From positions 1-35,892 of the forward strand of contig CAXNAA020000021.1 in NCBI GenBank assembly GCA_964200075.2: DNA of 35,892 nt, read 5' to 3'. The translations under genes and the position numbers were made by a program. Position 1 is the first letter of the stretch; every line of letters starts with the position of its first letter. Shown piece after piece: positions 10,967 through 20,648 of the stretch. Origin of the DNA: Sphacelaria rigidula. Taxonomy: Eukaryota. The notes under the pieces were generated by a model. The model saw nothing but the letters and a program-made list of their open reading frames with translations. It was not told the DNA's origin and searched no databases.

Positions 10967-11224
10967 TGTAGCCAAATGATACCAAGCCGTGGGTTTCAGT
11001 ATAATCACATGCATGATCGGAGCAGTAGCAGGGGAAAGGGAATCCTGGATTGATAACCCTCATCTGTGTGGCCCCTTGCTGTGCAGCTCTTGATGTCGTC
11101 TGTTGAGGATCACTCCGTGATAATAACAAGTGAGAATAAAGGACTTGTCGAGCACGAGGCCAGTGATACTGGAGGATTCCCTCATTGATAGTCCTCTTGT
11201 GCAGATCGTCTGGCAGAGGCTATA
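10967..11224 (+). repeat. 3' LTR of element 1
   Basis: Direct repeat of 6509-6772, preceded by a short G-rich tract TTGAGGGTGC. Confidence 0.95.
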
Positions 11225-11928
11225 TGCTGTAGTTCACCCCACTGCAATGTGTTGCTGTAGTTCACCGCACCGCGATGTGTTGCTGTAGTTCACCGTACCG
11301 CAATGTATTGCTGTAGGGTTCTGCATTGCACTCTCTGTACTGCACTGGCTGTACTCTACACTGCACAGCACTACAGTACTACGGTGCCCTGTGGTGCGTC
11401 GTGGTAAATTGAAGTACTGCAGGTGCAATGAAGCGTAGTTCTTTTATTTTGTTTCCTAACACTATCAACCCTTCCCCTTCCTCGGGATGAGTCCGTGGTC
11501 TCAAGGGATCAACCCATTTCTCCTCCGGTACGTGCCTTTCATTTTGATCTCGCGGATTGGATCAGCACTCCTGCACCGCGTCAACTCACGTCACACTAAC
11601 CCAGTCGACTACTTTTGGTTCACTCACGTTCTCACGCTTCGTACCGTGGAAATCATGGATTACGAAGAAAACCCAAGGCATCGGGAATCGAATCCCTGTT
11701 TGCTCCACCCTAATGGCGACAATCGGACCATTACACCACCGGGGCGCAGTAGTAGAGTACGGTACGTACGGTGCCGCCAGGTATGATACTCTCAATGATG
11801 TGCTGACTTGTGCATTTTTGGACTGCACCCTGGTCGATCGCACACTTGGCGGCACAACCTGCGACCAATCACTGCGATAAAACGAACTCCACATCATGAC
11901 AAGTCACATCAGCTTCCGCTATGAACTC
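11225..11928. repeat. Host dispersed repeat, segment 2 (contains a SINE)
   Basis: Colinear with 27435-27778: GCTGTAGTTCACCGTACCGC, GCTGTAGGGTTCTGCATTGCACTCT, GGCGGCACAACCTGCG(A/G)CCAATCACTGCG. Confidence 0.9.
11440..11747 (-). mobile_element. tRNA-derived SINE, about 310 bp
   Basis: The minus strand starts GCGCCCCGGTGGTGTAATGG (A box), has GGGATTCGATTCCC (B box, 11683-11696) and ends in an A-rich tail AAACAAAATAAAAGAA. It is absent from the paralogous site near 27590. GTAG(T) is duplicated at the flanks. Confidence 0.85.
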
Positions 11929-12176
11929 TGTAGCATCTGCCAGACGATCTGCACAAGAGGACTATCCACGAGGGAAATCCTCCAGTAGCACTGGCCTCGT
12001 GCTCAACAAGTCCTTTCTTTTCACTTGTTATATTAACGGAGTAAACAGCTGCGGCCCGTACCGTCAGGTATAGGCTACACAGCAAGGGTCATCATCCACA
12101 GGATGCCCTCGTCCCCTGGTCATCATCCAGGACCCTACATTCTACATTTACTACGCCTTGGTATATTTTGGCTCCA
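11929..12176 (-). repeat. 3' LTR of element 2
   Basis: Direct repeat of 16445-16690. The adjacent GCACCCCCAAAGCGAGTTCAAGAC is the reverse complement of the element 1 PPT region. Confidence 0.95.
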
Positions 12177-12255
12177 GCACCCCCAAAGCGAGTTCAAGAC
12201 AAACGAGCGAGCTTGACAACCAACAAAAAGCCAAGGCGAATTCGCATGCTCCAAA

Positions 12256-12870
12256 TCACGAAGAAATGCCATACTCCGACGCTGATTCACTTGTCAGTGC
12301 CCGAGTCAACCTCAGTTTACGCAATTCCTGCGCAACAAATTCAGGCGCACAAAAGTTATCTTCCAAAGAGATTGCCACATAATGTCTTCAGCACCGAACC
12401 CATCTCAATCGACCAAAACAATAACGTTACCATTGCGTCAGAACCATACGACCAATGGGTATACGCAACATCAACTTGGTGTTGCATCTCCAGCGCGTCG
12501 CTCTGCTGCGCGATTCTTGTACTTGGTTCTTCAAGTACGTGGCAGTATCACTAACCCACACACGCCGCACCCCCAAAGTCTTGCGCCATTGCAACAAATA
12601 CTCAGCCGTGGCCTCGGCACTGCAAGCCTCGGTTGGTTCCAACCAAACGAAATTCGACAAATCATCCGGGAAAACAAACGTACAGCAAATCAGCAGGCCT
12701 TTAGTACCGTCACGTTTGCTGCTTCCGACGTATAAAAATCAAGTCGAACAACCTCGCCTGGCGCAATACCTTGAACGGTATGGCCGAAAATGTGCCACGG
12801 GCAAGGATCAGTTTTCACACGTGCATAGTTTCTTTGATCCTCGAACACACGAAAACTCGTGTGATCTCTG
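12256..12870 (-). pseudogene. Integrase core fragment plus chromodomain remnant (copy close to element 1)
   Basis: FGHTVQGIAPGEVVRLDF; SNFVWLEPTEACSAEATAEYLLQWRKTLGVRRVWVSDTATY; then VIVLVD*DGFGAED and the same pol C-terminus (SEYGI). Confidence 0.85.
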
Positions 12871-13369
12871 CTCACCGACAACGAGCCTACGCATGTCGTA
12901 GTTTCAGCTCATTTTCACGTCATCAGCAGCAGTCACCGTCTCCTACAGTCAGTACGAACTCGATTTCACTAATCATTCTGCAGTAGTTTGTTAACTGCCT
13001 CACCCTGGCGGTCATCAGACACCATGAATATCAGTAGCATTCGAGCGAAACTTCCACGTATGCATGCCAAGATCCCACTCAGCATACGAAAATTCGTACA
13101 TGCATTCCCATTCCACTCAACATACGAAAAATCGTACATGCATACCAACATTTTACTCAGGACCTGCAATGCAACCCGTGTTGCACAAACCATGCATCAT
13201 GCATGCTATTCAGAGCAGCACAACACACGCATACCGAATTCCACGCGTACACCGGCATTATCCAGGGAACGCAACACGAGCACACCCGCTCTATTGCCAT
13301 GCTTCATGAGCGAACAGCAACATAAATATGACCCAAAAGCACCCCATACCAACATTTAATCGACAGAAA

Positions 13370-14280
13370 ACGATTCGGAAATACCAGTCACCATGTGTGT
13401 CCTCATGCTCAACAATCACCCTCACAAGTACTTGCTCCTCAACAATATTCAATCCGGAGCTCACCACTATATCACTCATCTCAGGCAGTCCCCGCTTTGT
13501 AGGCTTCCAGTCCGCTCCTGCGAAGAAGCAGCACTGGAACCACTACCTTTTGCACACCATAGAGCAACAATTCCTCTCGTACGGTAGCTCCTAGCAGCCG
13601 CATCTAGCACCCCCATGGTACATATCAGAATTCCACCAAATAGCATATGCTTACTGCCAAACCAATGCGACAAATACTCTGCCTCCACAGAAGCTTGCGC
13701 TGTTTCAGTCGCTTTTTTAGGCGAAACAAGAGGTGGAACGGGAACAACGATACAGTCCCGCATAGCAACAGCTCTCGAGGGCACCACATCATCCTCATTA
13801 ATCATCTGATCTGACATGATATGAGAAATATCACGAATCATTCGCGTACATTTACGATGAGACAACGGAGAACTGACCATCCGAAATCTACGATCCACCA
13901 GTGCCTCATTAAACGCTCTCACCGCACAATTCTCCACATGCCATCCCGTATCGCCTACCCATACCTCCGGCGACCCTTTCGCTTTTGCTTTGAACCATGT
14001 CGGAAAATGCTCCACCTTCTTCGCCTCCACACTAGACTCCGCGGGCTCCAACCACACGAAGTTGCTCACATTGTCTTTGATCACCAAATTATCTTGGATC
14101 GGATCTCCGTCGTCCAACCCACCATTTTCCAGCTGACCCCTCGCTCCATCGCTGGGGAAATTGACTTTTATCACCCTCCGGGCGAGTACCATGCACCTTA
14201 TCCCCACCATGCACCATATCCTCGTGGGGAAGGAGAATGTGCGCCCCCACCTTGGATTTGCTCACCCGTCGCGAGCAGAA
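13370..14280 (-). pseudogene. Second, strongly diverged integrase remnant inside element 2
   Basis: VIKVNF..GGLDDGDPIQDNLVIKDNVSNFVWLEPAES...SPEVWVGDTGWHVEN...SSPLSHRKCTRMIRDI aligns motif by motif with the element 1 sequence FHFDF..NGLPEEDGFRYVLIIMNDLSNFVYLEP...VPRVWDSDTTTHFTN...YTPWSNGAGERMVKKV. Confidence 0.8.
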
Positions 14281-14284
14281 ATTT

Positions 14285-16274
14285 TCGGGCATTTCCATCG
14301 CCGCTTTCTCCAAGTTAGTTTGACTGCAAACTGTTGTAAAGTAACCCAAACGCCACCAAAACTGCAATGCACGAAGCTAGCCACCCGGCCTCCACCGGAT
14401 CGTTGCAATGGGGCTGGGCGTTCGCAGCCGTCGCCTGTGACTGGGGCTGCACCTTCATAGGCTGTATGGCTCCCCTCTCAGGAGCTTCCTCTTCTTTTTC
14501 ACCTGTATCCTTTTTGCTGTCACTTTGAAACGACCACACAGGGACGATCCCCCCCCTAGCCGAAATATAGTTTGAACTACCCACTCCAGTTTGCACCGGC
14601 ACAGCCCGCAGACGTAATTCTCCAACGCCAGTGGATACAAATCAATTATCAGCTCCTTGATTGTCGCCATCCCAAATAGAACCAGGTTTTCCCTACGGGG
14701 CATGATCTTGAACGTAATTGGCTGCAAGCGCACCGCCCACTACGGCGTACGAACGCTAACAGAAATTGGCACTGTTTTGTACGTAACCGTCACGGGAGCA
14801 CCCGTGGCGATCTGCGCCGTTTGCGGTCCGTTTTGAAACGGAATTTGAAGCTGAGCGCCGCCAAACGGCGAAGACATTTGCTCAAGCATCCCCACACCAA
14901 TCGACGTGAGAGCGGACCCAGGATTCAGAATAACGCTTGCCATAAATGAACATACAGAACTAGGCAAGACTGAATCTGCGCGTAAGCATTCACCCTTGCG
15001 ATCAACAGGTACCACGCTTGCCGAAGAACCCTGTTCTGTCCCAATAGTCACCTGACGCCAGGGCTGCCCTCCAGCACTTGGCATTGATAGCTGCGAATCG
15101 TCGGTCCAACCAGACCATGTCGCCGAATATGAAGACGGCGCTGTAACCGCCGTCGCAGCTGTAGGGAATGCACCAGATACGGATCCTGCCTGACCGATGG
15201 GTTACGTGTTATTCGCTCCAGCACTCCCCACCGAAGTATTGCCGTTTCCCACGTACACTGTCCGCCCCGCTACGGACGAACCAGAAACTCCAGAGTCACC
15301 ACCTGATGACGTAGTGGAAGAAACAGCAGCGGAGGAACCACCATCCGCCGCCGATTGCTTGCTGCCACGGCTGCCGTGGCCGGGTCCCTGATTGGCACGG
15401 CCCTGTCCACCGTGACGACCGTTCCGAGATCCTGATAAATTTCGTGCATTGCCCTGTGCAGCGCCTTGAGCGCAAGGCTTGGGGCAGTCCTTGATCATAT
15501 GTCCGATGTCGCCGCAGTTTTAACACGGGCGAGTGGACGACTCTCGCGAAGACGGCAGCTGTTTCTGTTGCTGTTGCTGTTTGCGGCGCATACCACCTGC
15601 ACTTGTTGCAGAGTCGCGCCGGCCATGTGCTTCAATGAACTTCCACTGGCCGGCGGCCTCAAATAGATTTTTGAACACCATTGTCGGGTTCGTTTTCCAG
15701 CCGTCAACATACGTTAGTACATTTTTGACATATGCCTTGAAGTCCGGGGGCGAAATCCCATCCACCAAAGCTATGGACACCGACTCGGCCGGGCCACGCA
15801 ACCAACCCCTGTCCTCCGCACGGTACATTGCTTGCACCATCAAATTTTTAGCAAGAAGCCGTTCCATGTCTGAGCTAACCGTCATAGCACGATCATTCAC
15901 GGACTTTCCATCGCTCTGCTTCATGTGAGTACCCTACGTAGGTCTGCTGCAGCCCGCGCTGTGTCATGCTTTCCACCGGTTGTCGTATACCCGGCATGCT
16001 ACTTCACAGCATCAAGCAATTCTTCGAAGGTCATAGCCCGACCGTCCTTGTACATGTCTTCGAAGCAGCGGTGCATGTAGACAGGGATGAGTTGACCTAT
16101 ACTCACCCTCTCATGCCGTATGATTCCCTCTGCATTAGTTAGACCCCACCTCTGTATGTATTCAACGTATCTTGCAAAAAACACGCGAGATGCCTCCTCG
16201 GTCCATACTTCACCATACTTTGGCGGCTGTAATGCCTAAGGCAACACCAGCGGCGCTGCCGCCGCTTGAGCCAT
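14285..16274 (-). pseudogene. gag, protease and RT stub of element 2 (frameshifts and stops)
   Basis: ATG at 16274 (MAQAAAAPL); IIRHERVSIGQLIP; AESVSIALVDGISP; GHMIKDCPKP; VILNPGSALTSIGVG; NLVLFGMATIKEL; WLASCIAVLVAFGLL. Confidence 0.9.
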
Positions 16275-16444
16275 GCCGTTCAAACTTCAAACACTTCACA
16301 GAGATACTGTTGCCTGGCACGTGTCCTCCAGCTCACGGAGCGTTCTCCTGTCTTCGGGCTACTGACTCTATGAGCTGCTACCCCTTCGTTTCTCCTCAGC
16401 CAAGACTCTTCTAAAAGAGTACCGGAAGAACAATATCCAGATAT

Positions 16445-16690
16445 TATAGCCTCTGCCAGACGATCCGGACAAGAGGACTATCAAGAAAGGACTCCTCCAG
16501 TAGCACTGGCCTCGTGCTCAACAAGTCCCTCCTTCTCACTTGTTGTATTCACGGAGTAAACAGCTGCGGCCCGCACCGTCAGGCATGGACTACACAGCTA
16601 GGATCATCATCCACAGGATGCTCTCGTCCCCTGGTCATCATCCAGGACTCTACATGCTACATTACTACGCCTTGGTATATTTTGGCTACA
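16445..16690 (-). repeat. 5' LTR of element 2
   Basis: Minus strand reads TGTAGCCAAAATATACCAAG...GCAGAGGCTATA. The 3' ~110 bp is shared with the element 1 LTR; the middle is divergent. Confidence 0.95.
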
Positions 16691-16775
16691 ACTCTATAGC
16701 GTCCACTCCGACGTTTCAACGCTCCCCCTCTGCACTCTGACTTTATGATGGGAATAAATATCTTCCGAAACTCTA
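16691..16775. repeat. Host dispersed repeat, segment 3
   Basis: TAGCGTCCACTC...CTCTGCACTCTGACTTTATGAT...CCGAAACTCT matches 27781-27860. Confidence 0.85.
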
Positions 16776-16860
16776 AAAAAAATTTCCACCACACACAAGG
16801 TTTTTTTTTATGAGATGAGTACAATAATCAGTTTTCAGGTATCAGTAAAAATGCTTTTCA

Positions 16861-19136
16861 GCTACTTCTCGTGTATATGAAAAACCACTTATTGAAAAGT
16901 GCATTTCTGGCCCTTTTCCGTCGTTTTCCCCCCGAAACGAGGGCTAGACGGATTTCGACACCTTGAAATGACCTCCTCTACTCGCTGAGACGGTCCCAGA
17001 GCGCCTTCGCGTTTCCCGTAGGTCACGGTTTCGTTTTTGGCCAAACTTGCATTTTAATTAACAAACGGTCAAATTATCAAAAGAGATTGCCCTGTGTTTT
17101 GGGCGCTTCCAATTTTGGTGTTTGGGACGTTGTCGTCTCGGGTGACGGCGGTGAACCCGGAGTGGTCTCGGCTGGGCCCTCTACTCTAAAATGAAGGTCT
17201 GCCCGTACCTTATTTTGTATTTACACGTGGTATTTATCTCCTTACGGTAGGTAGTGGAGGGACTGGTGGACTCGTTTCAGTACCAATACGCCCAGGTATC
17301 ATCATGTAAATGCTTTGTTTTGTGTCTCGTTCGAACCATGTGTTGCATGCTAATAATATATACTACCTGTACTGCAGTATGGCTGCGTCTTTGCAGCCCT
17401 TGACGAAAACTACGCTCCCCGTGTCTCGCACACAGTTCATGATACCCAGAGCATGTCGGTGGCGTTAATTTCATGCATATCCATTTTTGAACTGTGACGG
17501 TATCCAGAACTAGTTCGTACAGCACGGAGCATGCGGCAGTACCAGATCGAAAACCTGGTACGCCGCACCTCCGAGTGCAACAACGATAGACTCGCTGGCA
17601 TCACTTTTGCGTGCTTTCGAATAAAGCGTCATGAAATATGAGGAGCAATATCGTGACGGGCTGCCACAGGAGAGTACAACGAAGTAGCGCACAAGCGCGC
17701 TGGCACGGTGTCGGCAACACGAAAACGCTAACGCGCGTGCTGCTCGAAAATGACGCGCTCCGCCCGTGTAATTGAATTCAGTGCTTTTTATTGAATTCAA
17801 TGCAGAGGTTACCGTGTGTACCAACCGCGGCGTGACGCCTGCGGCGGTACTACCTGCTCACTGCACAGCGGCAGGATGCAAGGTGACAAAGCACACCGCA
17901 GAGCGTCTCACCCTTAGTCTATCCCTGTCCTGCATTGATTTCGCGTTGTCCCATGCAGGTCGCCACATCATGAGAGCAGCCGTTGTATCGCGACCAACGT
18001 GTACGCAGGATATAAACCTCCTTGCCACGCGCTCTATTGCCACGTCACATTTTGTAACGTTTTCCGTGTTGCAGCTACAGCGTGCGTTTGCCCCAGGTGG
18101 CGCACGCAAGAGTGAAAGGCCGCCTCCACCGCTGCAATGGCTGCCTGTATCTTGGGCGAAGCTGTATGGTAACACAGCCGCGGCTGGTGCGCCCACATAT
18201 ACCGAAAGGCGGAGACCGGCGTCCAGCATTGAAGGGACGACAACACACACAGCACACTCGACGTTGGGCAGTACACTTTCCACATTGTGTTCGTACTGTC
18301 TGTAGGATATTTTTGTCCACTGTTGGGTACATTTTCCATATATAATGCAGAGGCAACATCTGGGCGAACCGGAGGTGAGGCAATCGCCGAAATATTCACC
18401 TGCAAGCTCTGCTCCAGTGCACTGTAAGTTGATATCGCTAGAAGGACACCACCAAACCACCTTGCCGGCCACCAGAATGTCATAGACTGTCAGGGCGTAG
18501 GATCCGCTTGCATTGCTAATCTCTGTACGGGGATGTTGCCCCCTTGTCACGTACGTTTTGGAGCATGATACTCGATGTAGATCATCTTTGTACATGGGCA
18601 CCAAACGCTGGGGGTTCCTACTCAAGAGTTCGATTTGGAGGCTGGTACAAGTTGGGCAGCGGCAACTGCTGTTTGTTCAGGTCCCCCTTGGAGCAGGATG
18701 TGTTTCGTGTCTGTTTGACTAAGCTATCCCCCCCAAAACGAAATCGATAGGGGTTTTAAAGTGGAAACTCTAGCAAAAAACTATCGCAAGAATCCGATCG
18801 CAAGAATCCTGACGCAAAAATGTAGTCGCAAAAAACCAGTGAGTCGAATGTTAACCCGCAGCAGAAACCAACTTTACTTCGTGAAATTGGGAAAAAAACA
18901 GTTTTCCCCCTGTTTTTTTTATAACTTCACCCTTTGTTGTTGAAAATGCAAGTTTGGCCAAAACCGAAACAGAGATCGATGGGGAACGCAAAGGTGCTCT
19001 AGAATCGTTCCAGCGAGTAGAGCAAGTCATTCCAAGGTGTCAACATCCGCGTAGCCCTCTTTTCGGGGGGAAACCGATGGAGAAGGGCTAAAATTCCCTT
19101 TCAACAACCTTTATTCTTTGATACATGAGAAGTAGC
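16861..19136. repeat. Diverged inverted repeat pair of about 195 bp (16861-17055 and 18943-19136)
   Basis: GTTTCGTTTTTGGCCAAACTTGCATTTT pairs with AAAATGCAAGTTTGGCCAAAACCGAAAC; CTCTACTCGCTG with CAGCGAGTAGAG; GCTACTTCTC with GAGAAGTAGC. Confidence 0.8.
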
Positions 19137-20234
19137 CTTAGAAAATAAACTCTTGTGTGCAGTGATACATTTTTTTTTATTATGTCCCATTCGTTGTCCA
19201 TACCAAATTTCTGGGTCCAACTCTGAAAATTGGCCGACAAAGGCCTGCGAGCTATAGATTCGCTTCTAGGCTGGCCCACCTCGCACGGTACGACATGTGA
19301 ACACACCGCGCGTCGAAGCACTTTCTCGCCAAGCACTTGTTGCCCGCTATCGTTTTGAGCGAACGTCGGACGAATATCGGAGCGAGAGGCAATAAAGAGG
19401 CGTTGGCAGAGTGTTGATCCTTCATGCGAAGATAGAATGAATTCATGTACTCAAAATTGAGTTCCCTTTCTCCCTCCCGAAAAAAAGTACCAAAACAAAC
19501 ATCCTCAACCCCGAAACTGATACCGGCCGAAATGTGAAAAACGTACTTCGAAAGGCCGATTTTTAAGATCCCCTGTCACAGCAATACCCCTTGCGTCTAC
19601 TAGTTTCATGCGAATGCACCAAACTTAGTTCTGCACGAGGAACTCTACCCTTGAACTCAATATTGTGCGTACTGGTTTGGGCACTTCACCGCAGCGAACA
19701 CTAAGTTACACAAGTTGCTCACTACCCATAAAACGCCGCAGTTGCCACGGCAAAGTCTGCTTCTCGGTTGAGAGCTGAACATGGGGAGGCGCGGTCATTC
19801 CCGACCGATTGACTCACTCGCCGGCATTTCGAAGACGAGGTGCTAGTGATCACTATGAGGACGCATGTATTGCCCTTCGCCATCCTACATGCCTTTGGCC
19901 ATCTGCGTGATCCGCACCTGAAATATAAGCATGGACTTGCAACAAAAAACGCCAACATGTATACACAGATGGACAGCCTCTCGTTTTCATACCCAACCAG
20001 CATGTACCATATACAACACAGCTATATCTGTATTCTTGCCCGAAATTCAGCCACGTGACGCCACACCCCAATTGCTCTCAACCATCTCTTCAAAGAGACC
20101 AGGTCGGACATGGGAAGACATGAATCGTTGCATCAGCTGATTGAATCAGCGGCCTGAACATCAACCGATGCAGTCAGGCAGACCACGCAGCACTCTCAAT
20201 TGACTCTCTTCCCCCAAAGCGAAGTTTACGGCGT

Positions 20235-20648
20235 GACGGTCCCTGTCACGTCCTGGATCGGCTGGATGAACACCCTGCCAAACCTCAAATCTTGCAGCGA
20301 AGCAGGCCATGCCACCTCATCGGTCTGTCGGTTGAAGTTGTCCCCGAAGACCAACTTCTACAGCAAGACAGGCCACTCCACAAACTTGATCGACTGGTTG
20401 AAGTTGTTCCCGAACGCCAACTTCTGCAGCGAGGCAGGCCATGTCACACCCTCGATCGGCTGGTTGAAGGAATTCTCAAACAGCAACTGCTGCAGCGAGG
20501 TAGACCATACCACACCCTCGATCGGCTGGTTGAAGTCGCCAACAAACGTCAACTGCTGCAGCAAGACAGGCCACACCACACCCTCGATCGGCTGGTTGAA
20601 ATGGTATCCCAACATCAACCGCTGCAGCGAGGCGGGCCATGCCACACG
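20235..20648 (-). pseudogene. In-frame continuation of the FNIP array beyond premature stops
   Basis: Six more units follow in the same frame after the TAG at 20649-20651 (normally E). A second TAG lies at 20358-20360 (normally Q). The pattern decays after about 20240. Confidence 0.8.

Larger units (their letters stand above)
6509..11224 (+). mobile_element. Chromodomain-bearing Ty3/Gypsy LTR retrotransposon, non-autonomous (RT core and RNase H deleted)
   Basis: Paired LTRs at 6509-6772 and 10967-11224; 4-bp TSD TGCT (6505-6508, 11225-11228); domain order gag-PR-(RT stub)-(RH end)-IN-chromodomain. Confidence 0.95.
11929..16690 (-). mobile_element. Second chromodomain-type Ty3/Gypsy element (related subfamily), non-autonomous and mosaic
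   Basis: LTRs at 16445-16690 (5') and 11929-12176 (3'); TSD ACTC (11925-11928, 16691-16694); gag and protease are clearly homologous to element 1. Confidence 0.95.

Noticed and set aside
11234-11345. Short repeats GCTGTAGTTCACC with intervening sequence, superficially CRISPR-like
   Set aside because: Period of about 24 bp with near-identical spacers, a local expansion within a eukaryotic repeat; no cas genes.
11675-11747. tRNA gene
   Set aside because: A and B boxes are present but there is no complete cloverleaf; it is the head of a SINE absent from the paralogous site. The same reasoning applies to 26025-26093.
17858-18625. 255-aa minus-strand ORF and overlapping ORFs
   Set aside because: No recognisable domain, Cys-rich random-like composition, and it runs through a dispersed repeat (18181-18250).
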